Part shown: positions 24,770 to 37,867 of the stretch, piece after piece
Layout of the letters: every line of letters starts with the position of its first letter
How positions within the stretch are numbered: the first letter of the stretch is position 1
Assembly: GCF_006345805.1 (NCBI RefSeq)
Contig: NC_043015.1
Location: 9,858,001-9,922,000, forward strand
Direction: 5' to 3'
Source: Octopus sinensis
Taxonomy: Eukaryota
Length of the DNA: 64,000 nt
Made by a program: the position numbers and the translations under genes
Notes under the pieces: generated by a model
What the model saw: only the letters and a program-made list of their open reading frames with translations
Databases searched by the model: none
What the model was told of the DNA's origin: nothing

Positions 24770-27700
24770 GTTTTCTTAACACTGATAGGAGTCCGGACGC
24801 TGGTATGTAGCGTCGGGAATTATTGAATTAGTGAAACTCAACTTCATGGTAAGAGTTTTGATTTTAGGATTCAGTGGGGATTTGTTGTTTGGTGTTTATT
24901 TTTCCTTCTCAAGCAAGAAATCCTCACTGGATTCCGGGCATTTGTCTGCCTGCAGTTGGGCATAAGTTTCTCACTTAGCGGTGAAAAGTGAGTTGTTTTG
25001 GGGACGTGTCACTCCACCAAAAATTGCAAACTTTGTTTTTGTGTTCCTGCAAGGCTTTCATGCCTTGAGTTATAAAAAAATGTAAGAGGCGTAGTGCCTC
25101 ATTTGAAAGGACCTTGTGTCCCAATGAACTATAGTAAGAGCGTTATAACCTCAATTGGTTTTATAAAAGACAAAAAAAAGAACAATGTTTTCGTGAAGCA
25201 TCAATCGGCGGGCGTCGTCTGCTGCCCTCATCAATATCATTATTTTCCTCATCATTCATTTCATTTTTGCTGTTGTCCAGCCCGCATTCGCTTCTATCTA
25301 TGTAAAGCCTTTATGGCAAATTTGATGAAATGAAGAAGCTTGCTTCCCGAATTTTTGTCGGCCGTATTTCTTTCGCTGCTGGAAAGCATTTTTGTTGTTG
25401 TTGTTGAAAACTTTGGATTACCGTTTGGAATTGTTATTGTTATTTGATGAACGTTGAAATTTATTGTTGAACATTGTTGAATTATTTCTCGGTTTTACCG
25501 TGGAATAACTAAAGGAGAAGGAATTGTTGGCCAGTTTTGTTGGCCATTGTGGCAAGTTTATGAACGCTGTTTCGTGAAACTGTGTATAGTCTTTTTGGAA
25601 TAATTTTCGGGCCCCTCCCCAAACAGGGGTGGTGTTTGAACTTTGTTAGTGAACTGTTGTCAACAGGAAAACTTTTTATTTCCCACTAATTTGTGCAATT
25701 TACTTGTGAAATTAATTTCAACCGAAGAATATGGGTTGAAATTATACATGAGAAGTGTACTCTCGTAGAAAGTAAGCGAGAAAATGTGAAAAAGTTTTCG
25801 GTGGCAAACGAAAATATCGACATTTCTGTCGACAGCTGGAAGGTTTATTTAAAAGAATGAAAGAGAAGGATGGTGACGTTAAAATATCACCCACCTCCAG
25901 TGTGGTAGTCACAGAAAAACGGACCGTAGTGTTTCAATCCTTCTTCCCACAAAACAGAAGTTTTAAACACTTCGAGAAAGAGAAAATTGAAAAATGCCTG
26001 TCCCCGATATGGAAAGACTTAGCCTATATTGCAATGGGACGGGCATACGGTCAAGTTGACGTCCGTTTTTCTAATGCAGAGGTGGCTCGCGGGCATTTCG
26101 TGTGACCTCTGAAGACAAAGGAGGTGGTATCCTACCAAAATATATGGGAAAGCCGACTTCCCCTGTGAAGGGGATGACGTACCACCGGTGGTTGATCTGA
26201 AGGAGGTGATGGCCGCCCTGTTGTTTAACAAGACGGACCGTATAAAATTATTGCAATTACATGCTCTGCCCCCCAACCCCCAACCCCCAGAATTGTCTCT
26301 GGCGGAGCATTACAGTAATTATACACGGGACGCAAGAAGACCTTCAGGAGATCCTGAAAGAGTGTTCTTGGGCGAGAATGTGGCCCTTAGAGTGCATGTG
26401 GAAGGAAAACAATGCATCTGCTATGGATAGGGGGAAAAGGGCCACGTTCGCGTGGATTGCGAAATAAGGAAACAAAAAGAAAAAGGAAAGATGGAAAAAA
26501 TGGCGCAGACACCAGGCCCTGCAGAAATTCGCCAAAATAACCCCAAACCTACGCATATACCAGACCCCACACAAGTAAAAATTCCCACTCCCCAAAGTGC
26601 CGGTCCTTAAACATAACACCACAAAAACCCAATCCCGACACAAGTAAAAGTATCCACCCACTTATTGGCACCTAATGGAAAAAGTACAGCTCCCTCGGAC
26701 GACATCATAGAGGTGATCGAGGGAAAGTATGCAGTAGTTCGAAAATGAACTCATACACAGTCCGTATCCATTTCCCCCACAAAAACAAACGAGAACACAC
26801 ATCCAATTACAAAAAATACACCCCTCCTGTCCTCGGAAAAAACGAAAAAGATGACTGTGACATTAAGGTGTTGGTGGAATTTGAGAACAGAGACAAATAC
26901 ACAGACGAAATTATTGTGAAGCACCACACCGCCAATCATTTTCCGAAGCACAAAGACTTTCCGAAAATGTGTGCCTGGATAGAGGAAACCCTATTCAGGC
27001 ACTTGAAGGAAAGACACTTGACAGCCTTCGGGAGAATTGGGAACCTTTCGAAGTATTTGGAGAAGGAGGAAAATGAAGGAGCTACCTCGTGTGTGGTGAG
27101 GTCAGCCCCAACGTCACCCTCGAAGGGTAAGTAGAACCTTTACTTTTTAAGTTCTGACTGCACGTAACCTTGGTGGTCTGAATATGCGTAGTCTGAGTTC
27201 GAAGTGGAAGCAAATTTGTTTCCTTGACGACCTCATATCACACGATATGCATGTGATAGTTGCTACAGAGAACAAGCTAGAGAGTCTACAAACCTTCTCG
27301 CCATACCTGAATGGCTATGAGAAAATTATGTCTCCTGGCCAAACCGGAGGACGATAGGGTGTGGTGGTACTGATCCGTAAATGTTCGGTTCTGCAGACAA
27401 GCACAGACTATGGGAACCCAGAAGGTGGGTTAGTCGTCCTTGATGTGACATATGGCAATAAATCCTTCGGGTTGATCAGACTCTATGCACCTTGTGCTAG
27501 CGGATTCCGAATTGATTTTTGTCGGCGCCTGGAAAACTTTCTCGTGACGTCGAAGACATTAGTGGTGTTAGGTGACTTTAACGTTATTGTTGACACATGC
27601 ATCAATAGCGTTGGCTCGACCGGTAGGAAATTGAACTCACGTCTCGTGGATCTGCTTAAGTGCTTTCAGCTGGCAGATCTTTACAGGCTTGCATATCCGG

Positions 27701-29030
27701 ACGTACCAGAGTGGACCACAATTAGCGGAGACGGAAAGCTTAAGCCTTACATAAAGATAAGACTAGTTTTAGCTGTCCACGTATTGTCCAAGTAGCCTAC
27801 AGTGACCATAGAATGTTTAAGTGTAGACTGGACATAGATAGTACAGTTACGTGAGGAGCCGACTACTGGAAGCTTAACAAGTCTATTTTGACTTGCGAAG
27901 CACACCATGGTTGGACTATGGAGTTAGTACAGAGGGCGTTAAGCGGTGCTGTCGCTAATAACCGGTGGTGGTTCGCCCTCAAGAGAATCATGCGATTTGA
28001 GTCCATTAGGGTTAGTCAACAGCTAAGACTAGAGAAGGCCAGAATAGTAGGTCAAGTAGTCAAGGACTTAGAAGAGGTGTTCAGGTTGGGCTCTGTATCT
28101 CACATTTTGACAGCGGGAAAGGCATTGGAACATCACTTCAAAGCCAAACATGAGGGGTGTAGTGTTCAGGATAAAGTTCGAGCTTTGCGCCGTGAGGGAA
28201 TTAATGTTACCAGATGTGCACGTACGATAAAAACCTAACGTGGCAACGATGCCACTATTAGATCTTTTGTCGACGAAAACGGACGTTCGGTTGAAGGACT
28301 GGACGAGATGTGTGAGGAGCTTTACAAGCACTTTGCCGAGGTGTTCGGGAGGGGTGTGACGCTGGATCATGGTGAGGCCCTTAGGGACTTCCTGTCTGGT
28401 GGCCCGCATCTCTCGGTACGAGAGGATGAGCTCTAGGAAGGGCTAATCACAGCTGAGGAGGTTATCGAGGTGCTGGGCGAGTGGCCCGGGGAGAAGTCGC
28501 AGTGTCTCGATGGTCTACTCTATGGATTCTATAAAAGTATGGCAGACTTGAACGGGCTCCTACTGGCCAGTGTTTACTCCAACTGGCAGCAGAATGGGTG
28601 AATTCGCAAGTCAGCGAGCCGGGGATGGTGACGTTGATCAGAAAGAACACGAGCAAGGAGGATGAGAGAGGGAACTTTAGGCCCATAACTCTGCTAAACA
28701 CTGAGTCAAAAAGGTGCTAGCAAAAAGGTTGGCACGGGTCGTGGTCGAATTAGTCTGGGAAGCGCAAACTTGCGCTATCCAGGGCAGGTCTATCCACGAC
28801 ATTCTCCACCTTATATGCTACTCCTTAGAGAGGGTTAGAGAGCGTTCTGGCTCAGTGGGGAATGTGCATTTAGACCAGTCTAAGACATTTGATAGGGTCG
28901 ACCATCGGAACTTGGCGGCGGTCCTCGGCCCGACCTTCTGTAGTTGGATTGCTGCTCTGTACGGCGACATCGAGTCTGTCGTCAAGGTGAACGGGTTCTT
29001 TTCGAAACCGTTCAGGATCGAGCAGTCAGA
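24770..29030 (+). mobile_element. L1/Tx1-like LINE: probable 5' region, ORF1 with CCHC knuckle, APE endonuclease, RT cut off at the 3' side
   Basis: ORF1 pieces from 25857 with CYG*GEKGHVRVDC (26419-26460); APE motifs LNMRSL, GGLVVLDV, LIRLYAP, LGDFN, SDH, YWKLN; RT motifs DGLLYGFY, NFRPITLLNT, QTCAIQGRSI, LDQSKTFDRVDH. The match ends at FSKPFRI (~29025), before the QG motif. Many stops and frameshifts. The 5' boundary is uncertain. Confidence 0.88.
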
Positions 29031-29289
29031 CCAATGATTTTTACTATAGCGTCGTGCCGACCAAAATCTCATGAGTGGATCAGGTAGAAGGAAACTATTT
29101 AAAAGTGGATGTTGCGCTGCATCACACAAATACTGCAATATTCGCCACGAGTGAAAAGTACCTTGCGCATATAAGTACATGGCACCTATAGCCGACGGTA
29201 GATAATCCGCAGCTCGAACAACCAGTTTACCTGATTTCGGACATATTTCAACCTATCCATGATAGACATAATCTTTCACACCCCGCCCC

Positions 29290-29320
<31 letters not shown>

Positions 29321-29355
29321 CATACATACATACGTACATACATACATACATACAT

Positions 29356-29617
29356 GGAAGCACTCCGTCGGTTACGACGATGAGGGCTCCGGTTGATCTG
29401 AATCAACGGAACAGCCTGCACGTGAAATTAACGTGTAAGTGGCTGAGCACTCCACAGACACGTGCACCCATAACGTAGTTCTCGGGGATATTCAGCGTGA
29501 CACAGAGAGTGACAAGGCCGGCCCTTTGAAATACAGGTACAACAGAAACAGGAAGTAAGAGTGAGAGAAAGTTGTGGTGAAAGAGTACAGCAGGGATCAC
29601 CACCATCCCCTGCCGGA
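29356..29617 (-). mobile_element. SINE family B, headless, inserted in (TACA)n
   Basis: Near-identical to 8000-8270, flanked by TACA repeats. Confidence 0.9.
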
Positions 29618-29957
29618 ACATACATACATTCATACATACATAAAGGCATGCATACAGGCATGCTGTTCTACATTACGAAAACGTTGTGGTTTTGCATTCA
29701 AATGGCGATTCACCTACAGCAGAAGAGAGAGATAGCTATAATGATGAAACGTGCGTAGTTTACAGAATGCTTTAAATTAAGTGTTCTTTTCATCATACTT
29801 TTTATAATATGTGGTTTCTATACTATAACCGGAAAGACCACCAAATAGTGTGGCAACAACACCACATAAGTGAACGTAGAATGGCTGATGATACACAATG
29901 TGGAACTCTAAATTCACCGGTAAAGACCATTCAGCTATCTTTGCACACCAACTGTGC

Positions 29958-29992
<35 letters not shown>

Positions 29993-30102
29993 ATATATAT
30001 AATATATATATATATACATACATATAAATATATACATATATACATATATAGACATATACATATATACATATATGTACATATATACATATATATATATGTA
30101 TA

Positions 30103-30192
<90 letters not shown>
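29958..30192. repeat. (TA)n-rich microsatellite
   Basis: Directly visible. Confidence 0.95.
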
Positions 30193-31189
30193 CTTATGAG
30201 TGTGTGTGAGTAACTCTTACGCACCACTCAATTCAATGTCTCTGAATCTAAATATTTGGCCAAAGATCAAGAGATCAAGTGACAGCATGTTTCTAACTAA
30301 AATTCTGCCAATGTTCTAATAAATCTCAAAGCTATCATTCATCGTTGGTAATTAAACGTATATCAAAATGCTATAAATGTCGCTCTCATACATTTCTTTG
30401 AACTGTGTATAAATGAAGAGATGTTTTAAACAAATTGATTACTTTAGCTTAAATTACGCAGAGAAATTAAATGAACACGAAACCATAAACATATAAATTA
30501 CTGACTCAACATTGGTTATTGAAAGTTTTATTTTTTTCGGTATCTTTTTCGCTTTAATAATGTTTCCAGACATTAATCTATTTTAGTTGTTACTAGAATC
30601 GTAAAATACGCCAAAATATCAAAAACCTATATTTAGGTATGTGTGTCTTTGTGTAAAACTGAAGTTAAATGAAATTGGGTAACCAGAACAGAAAGGCCAG
30701 AAAATAGAAAAAAAATATGTGTTAAAAGCTTTTCCTTCATAGAGTTGTGAAGAGGATGAGAGATTGCACAAAAATATCTCTTTAAAAGAAAGGAAAAAAC
30801 GGAGAATTGTAGAAAAAATTATATCGAAAATCAAAGAAGGAATTTGCTGATTTTAAATAGAATTGCAGGAAAAGTATTGAAAGGAAAGAACAAACAGGAG
30901 TCACAATGCCGCTAGGCTGTTTTAGTTGTTCCAACGAAGAAAATATTTCCTTTCAATGTAAAATATTTCACAAAACGTATCGTAATATTTTTGCACATAT
31001 AATGCATTTCCTTTGGTAATGGTTGTGATTTTCATATACATCCGAACTAAAACGTAATTGTACAGAAAGGGAAACATGTATATATGCAAAATTAATGTAT
31101 ATACGAATTGCGTATATATGTGTGTGCGCACGCGTTTGTGTGTAAACACATACACACAAACACACGTACATGCGCGCACATATGTGTAT

Positions 31190-31259
31190 CTAGCTATCTA
31201 TCTATCTGTCTATCTATCTATATCTCTATATGTCTATCTGTCTATCTATCTATCTATCG

Positions 31260-31301
<42 letters not shown>

Positions 31302-31302
31302 A

Positions 31303-31365
<63 letters not shown>
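31190..31365. repeat. (CTAT)n/(TA)n microsatellite
   Basis: Directly visible. Confidence 0.95.
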
Positions 31366-31367
<2 letters not shown>

Positions 31368-32624
31368 ACAGTAGCCACTCCTATGTATTCGTACGTATAT
31401 GTATGTATGTATGCATGTATAAACATATACACATTAATACTTATATAATTACTATTTTGGGAACAGCTATTTTTTCAACTAATATTTTCCATTAAGATGA
31501 ACTAGATTCAAAACAACACTGATCATTATGTGTAATAAAAGAACAATATTTACATTAATGAGAATGTGTGTAATGTATGTCTGAGTTTTGCCCTAATAAT
31601 ATTGTTTTAAATTATCATGTATGATGATAATTTCCAAAATATGCATGTGAATGCAGATCTGTAGTGTACTCTAGACATCTGAGTTGGCACGAAGCGAATG
31701 AAACTAAAATGATAACATTGAGACTATTATTTTACATCAACAACATCAGCTAAAACACGAGCTCTGGCAGGTAAATAGCTTCTCAAGTTTTGACTTACAG
31801 AAGACGGACAAGGCGTAGAGCACCGAAGTCCGGATATAGTAACCTTTAGGAGAGACAGACAAGAGTGTATGTTAAAATACGACCGTACGCGAGGAGTTTG
31901 GTGACATATTCCTCCTCTTGTATAACAGCGCACAGCCGCATCCCAAAATAACATAACATAATGTTATATAAGCCATAAGACATATAAGCCATAACATAAC
32001 ATAATGTTATAAGCCATACAGTGCCAAAGTAAATAAATAAAGAACACCAAAAACCGTTCTACTTTTATAAAGAGAAGATGCTAACCAATCAGATCAGTGG
32101 ACACAACAAGGTTAAACTAGCCAAAGATGTTTGTAATCTCAAACGAGATCATTCCTAATGTTTTTCCCAAACAGTGAAGATAGCAATGAATATAGCAATA
32201 TCGCTACAAGTGCCTAGCAATTAAAGTAGCAGTTCCAGGAGATCATAATATCATGAAGGAAAGGGAAACGAAAGAAATCTATGTAAACCTGAGAATTAAG
32301 ATAATAAAAAATCTCAAAATGTAACAGCTGCGAGAGTCAGACTTTATGGTTGTCCCTCTTGTCATCGGATCATTGGGTTCAATACCACCCAAGATGAAGA
32401 AACATATGGACACTTTAGAAATACCCTCCAATTTTGATGTATTTACTGGGAACTACATGATTATTGCGTAAAGAACTGTCTTACTGAGGTCCTTGTGATT
32501 TTACAGACAATTGAAAACCCGCGGTACTCATATTATCTTCAATCTACAACATTACAATATTGAATATTGTACAACGTCTTCAATAATAATAGCAACAATC
32601 ATAATAACAAAAACAACAACAATA

Positions 32625-33530
32625 ATAACAAAATGAGGATTGGTGGAGCCAGAGGCCCCCGTATGGGCAGTATATTCTTCAAAATCGAATGCTGGTGTGA
32701 ACCAAACAACAACCCATCAGTGGCTGAGAATTTCAGGACTAAAAGTAGAGACTGAAGGTTTCATATTGGCGGCACAAGACCAAAGCTTGCTTGCCAGAAA
32801 CGACCAGGCTAAAATTCTACCAAACCGTTCTGACCATAAATGCAGTTCCTGCGTCTCATTTGAGGAAACAATAAACGACCTCGTTTCGAGATGTCTTTCG
32901 TTAGAACCAAACGAATGCAAAACTATCCATGATAAGGTAGGACATTATTTACATTGGAAAATATATAAACACTGCAAAATCGGCACCCCCTTACTGGCAT
33001 GATAATCATCTCGAGTCAGTCGTTGAAGGTAAAGTGTCACCGTCCTCTGAACAATTCCAGGACGATCGAACAGACATAATCATTAAAGACAAGGAATAAT
33101 TACTTGTAGGCTAATAACTATAAGCGTCCCTCTGATAAAATTATATCTGTAAAGGAATTTGACAAATTAAGTACATATAAGGACCTGAATACTGAAATTC
33201 AAAATTTGTTGAATTTTAGATATAGAGCTGTTCCTGTTATTGTAAGTGCCGTTAGTATGAGAAAACAGGATATCAGAAACATCTTGACAACATCCCAGGA
33301 TAACCATGTGTCAGAGAAATCCAAAAGATTGTGCTAACAAGTACTGAATACATAATTAGAAAACCCCTATCAATTTAAATGTCCATGCCTTATTACATTA
33401 ATATATTTAGCTACTGCCCCAGGCACTTCCCTTCCCAAGGCTTTCAGTCACCACTTATCATTCACTTGTCCAAGGACGTTAGGTGTGTTCACACGCGATT
33501 ATAACAAACATGCAGATTAAATGGTAAATG
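32625..33530 (+). mobile_element. R4/Dong-like LINE 3' fragment (zinc knuckle plus restriction-like endonuclease)
   Basis: HQWLRISGLKVETEGFILAAQDQSL...CSSC...ETINDLVSRC...HDKVGHYLHWK, then RTDIIIKDK, KEFDKLSTYKDL and VPVIVSA remnants. AAT/AAC-rich repeats on both sides. Confidence 0.85.
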
Positions 33531-33539
33531 ATAATAATA

Positions 33540-33557
33540 ATAATAATAAAACTACTG

Positions 33558-33609
<52 letters not shown>

Positions 33610-33611
33610 TT

Positions 33612-33643
<32 letters not shown>

Positions 33644-33670
33644 GCTACTACTAATAATAATAATAATAAC
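33540..33670. repeat. (ACT)n/(AAT)n microsatellite
   Basis: Directly visible. Confidence 0.95.
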
Positions 33671-33789
33671 TCATTGGCTTGTCAATTGTTTGACCACAAT
33701 CAGTTGAGCATGTCACTTGATGGCTGACGATATATGCATTTCTGATCACGAGGAGATGTAGCGTTGGTGCATCATAGCTTGGCCGAAGA

Positions 33790-34450
33790 GGAAGGTTTCT
33801 ATTTTCAGACATTTCGTTCATCACAAATCTTCTCTCCCTGCAGCTACCAGACTGCTTGCACATCACGGCCAAAAGGAGGTGGATAGGCCGTATTCATGAT
33901 GGAGTCAACCGATAACCGGATCTGCCCTACACACGACAACAGCTGTTGCGCAAAGCACATGTTAGCAATGCCCGGACAATGGACGAGTGCATGCAAAACA
34001 GTACCATCGCCCTGCTCGGGTAGGTTCGTCTGACAGTACTTCCGTGCCCGTCTCAAACCGGCAGAGATTCCTAATAACACTACCAGCCTAGGGATTTCTG
34101 GAATTCATAGGCCACTAGCTATTGGCGCACTCCCGATGCCTAGTTACTCTCTCAGGACATCATGCACCTTCCCGTCACTAAACTCCAATATGTATCCTCC
34201 ACAGACTGCATTGCCCGACTAGCTTAGGGCTATGAACGCTTGCCGAAACTCTAAGTGCCAAGTTCTCTTCCTAGGTCTACACATCGTCCAGGATTATAGC
34301 TCCACCAATGAGACGAGGTGCGGAAAATCCTACCTCGCAAACCAGGTTCACAATTGTACATATTTAAAGAAGCGCCGGAGATGTCGCAACTTCAGTCTTT
34401 CTTTCATGGAACGTAGAGATCGCAATATTTTTCTGCAGATTCCCATCTCA
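33790..34450 (-). mobile_element. L1/Tx1-like LINE 3' fragment
   Basis: Minus strand RLKLRHLRRF and DGTVLHALVHC...QQLLSCVGQIRLSVDSI, resembling the post-RT zinc-binding region of Tx1-like LINEs. Confidence 0.55.
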
Positions 34451-34469
34451 AGATAATTCACTAGTTAAA

Positions 34470-36590
34470 TAAGTAAGATAAATGCAGTTAAAACGGCCAA
34501 CTTGAGTGAACATGAAGCAGTGTTTACCTACCTGGATAAGCTACTTGATGCTGCAGCTTCAATAGCCACTGACCTGTGTAGTATACAAGTAACAAGTAAG
34601 ACTCAACAAATAAACACTAAACGAGAATGGAGAAAAAGAATTAGAAATGAAATTACGATAAATAGCTCTGATATTTAAACACTCAATAACATCAACCGCA
34701 AAAAATGTATGAAAATCAAAGAAGCTGAACAGAAAATACGAGATAAAATTAATATGTGAAATCGGAGAAGCAATATAAAAGAAAATCACACAAATTATCT
34801 AAGCCAAAACAGTACGGGAAATTCGTCTGGGATAAAACTCAATTATTATACCTGAAAACAAGACTAATTACATGATTTAGAACCATTTGTAACATGATAA
34901 CGTCTATCATTAATGAATACGTCTACAGTTGTCATGATGGATAATAAACTATTCCACGGTGAGCGAAAAGGCAATAAACGCGACTAGTACAATTGTAAAT
35001 AGCGACGTTTCATCAATAAACTATTTCTTGGGAACTGTCACAACAACGTAAATATCATTCTTTTGCGTGGATTGATTACAGAAAAACGTTTGAATGTCTT
35101 CTACATAAGAGGATTGGGAAAAGCTTGGAAATAAATATAAAATCTCTCACGGTATTGATAATTTTCTCTCGAATAGATCCAAGTAATTGAAAAGAACTCT
35201 TAAACTGAATTTATAGACATGTCTGTGAACGCTGGTGATATCAGCGTAACTTGCTAGGTTTTAAAGTGGCTCTCTCTCACCACTACCCATTTCCTTGGCT
35301 CAATTTTTCCCTAAGTAAGTTGTTGAACAATACAAAACATAGATGCAGAGTATACAATGAACGAATTAATCAGCTCCTTTGCATAGTTGTCTAAAGCTTC
35401 TCACGAACGATGGAGAACTGGAACCTTTTTTACCGATAGTAAAATAATTCAGTGTATATAACTGTATAGTGGAGACGCAATGGCCCAGTGGTTAGGGCAG
35501 TGGACTCGCGGTTGGAGGATCGCGGTTTCGATTCCCAGACCGGGCGCTGTGTGTGTATACTGAGCGAAAACACTTAAAAGCTGCACGACGCTCCGACAGG
35601 GTGTGGTGATGACCCCTGATGTACACTTTCTCCACAACTGTCTCTCAATCTCTCTTCCTGTTTCTTGAGTAACGCTGCGATAGACTGGCGTCCCGTCCAG
35701 CAGTGGCGGGACCTTATACACCACAGAAACCGGGAAACCGAGACCATGAGCCTGGCTAGGCTTGAAGAGGGCGACGTTTATCGTTTATCGTTATATAATT
35801 GTATAGAGTTCAGCAGAGACAAAGGTGCTAAACCTTCATTCTTCCAAGTAATATCTGTTGCAAATATTTACAGAAAAGTTGGCCATCCACAAAGAATTAG
35901 ATCTCGAAAGCAATTACAAGTACTGAGGTGTATGTGAACGGGATAGCCTCCAGTACATACGAACGCATGAAAATTTTAGGAAAGAATATTATCCGAAAAT
36001 TTATTATTATTCTAAAATGCGAACCTAATAAGAGAAATGGGACCGGACCGATGCAATCAAAACCTTAGGTATACATGAGTGACCAATAGTTTTAACAGTA
36101 GAAAACTGTCCTGCAGTGTTATGAATAAAACTGATAAAGTAGCAAGCAAAGCAGATGTCGATAGACTATAAACTAATGGATGTGGACTGATATAGCTGCA
36201 ACTATCTCTAAAGTTTGCAAGCATAGGTTTTCGCACCTATCTAATGGACATTGTGAATGTAAGCTTAAATTTATCTGCAAATATGACAGTACAGAAAAAA
36301 TGTACTCGATAGCAGAAGAAACAACGAATTAAAGCAACAGGACAGCGTGTCAAGAGCAGATAAAATAAATTGAACCTCGTGTTAGGAAATCTCAAATAAA
36401 AACACAAATAAAATCAAATAGTTGCGAAATAGAAGTAAAAGAAATGGCATTACATTGCATGGAGAAATGAACCTTGTTGACGCCAATATGAACCATCTGC
36501 CTCCGGATTTAAATCTAAAAGAGAGAGTTTCATTATAGTAGTTAAGGATTAGTGTCTGGCCACCAGAAACGATCAAACACTGTCGAAATT
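34470..36590 (+). mobile_element. Old R4/Dong-like LINE (RT region) interrupted by a SINE
   Basis: Decayed motifs EWRKRIRNEI, RPITC-like, AWIDYRKTFE, DVDRL..GCGLIQL and SGFKSKRESFIIVVKD*CLATRNDQ, in the order expected for R4/Dong. Confidence 0.65.
35470..35791 (+). mobile_element. SINE with family-B head/core but a different 3' tail; 15-bp TSD
   Basis: GGAGACGCAATGGCCCAGTGGTTAGGGCAG...GGTTTCGATTCCC head; after ttcctgtttct it switches to gactggcgtcccgtccag...cagaaaccgggaaacc. TSD tatataactgtatag 35455-35469 / tatataattgtatag 35792-35806. Confidence 0.85.
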
Positions 36591-37339
36591 GAATCGATTC
36601 TGCCTCACCTTTTTGTGATGCAACGTGAGAAAAAAAATGGATGAGTAATTGGTTTTCTTGTTCATTTTGCGACGGTGATTGTTTTATTGCTTGCTTTGTT
36701 AAAATGTTACTAATACTGTTTGACTTGTAATCTGCTTGTTGTCAATATTACTGTTGCTGTTGTTGTTATTGTGGATAAATGGTGGGTTCGATAATTTCTT
36801 TGTTAGAGTTTTTCATTTTCTGTTCCTCTTTAAATTTGTTACAGTTCATGTCGTAATTATTGTTGGTGGTTGTGGCTTCAAGGTTTCATTTGTTAAAATT
36901 TTCCATTTTCTCTCTGTCTTCAAATCTGTTGTTGATGTACTTTATGATTTCATCTGTTTTCTCATCGTCAAATTAACGCATCAAACTCACGCATGTCCCT
37001 CTGTTACAGTCTTTCTCGTCCTTCTGGTATCCTTCAACAATTTCGTTCTCTCTCTCATTAACAAATTTTAACATGTTTACTAATTTTTCCATGGAGGGAG
37101 TAAACGAAATTTTCATTACAGAAAAAAAGTAAATCGATATCTCGTTAAAATTGGCGAGAAACTTACGAAACTAAACAAACCAGTTGGTGGCAAGCAATAC
37201 GACTTCCACTTTGACACTAATTTCAAATTCAATTGCAACAGTTTTCCTTGATTTATACTGCATTTGTTTTTTGTTTTTGTTTTTTTTTATAGACAGCGGT
37301 TATCAAGCTTGATTTTCTCAGATGATGGCTAACTAATAC

Positions 37340-37500
37340 CCTTCTCTATTTTAGGTACAAGCCCGGTAATTTGGGATCGATTGCATCCTAAACTTGACTG
37401 GTACTTATTTTATAGACACTGAAAAGGTAAAAAGCAATGTCCACCTCGGAAGAATTTGAAAACAGAACGTAAAGATAAGACCAAACGCCGCTAAGTATTT
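37340..37500 (-). mobile_element. SINE family A remnant
   Basis: ctggtacttatttt...aaaggtaaaaagcaatgtccacctcgg...cagaacgtaaag matches the 768-1178 copies. A second partial copy lies at ~37680-37750. Confidence 0.7.
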
Positions 37501-37549
37501 TGTTAGGAATGTTAACGATTCTGTTAGCTCACCGGAATAATGTTAATAA

Positions 37550-37556
37550 TAATAAC

Positions 37557-37621
<65 letters not shown>

Positions 37622-37757
37622 TAATATTTTCTGTTTCTATTATTCGCACGAGGCCATACATATTGGGAGAGAAGAATAGTCGATAACATCGATACCAGTA
37701 ATGGAGTGGTACTTTTCTCATCGATCCCGAAAAAAGGATAAGCATGTCGACCATCAC

Positions 37758-37795
<38 letters not shown>

Positions 37796-37811
37796 AATCA
37801 TAATAATAATA

Positions 37812-37866
<55 letters not shown>
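37550..37866. repeat. (AAT)n and (GAT)n microsatellites
   Basis: Directly visible, interrupted by a SINE fragment. Confidence 0.9.

Positions 37867-37867
<1 letters not shown>

Noticed and set aside
29230-29292. GC box plus short minus-strand first exon MSIMDRLKYVRNQ
   Set aside because: Only short motifs with no CpG island or other support; not distinguishable from chance.
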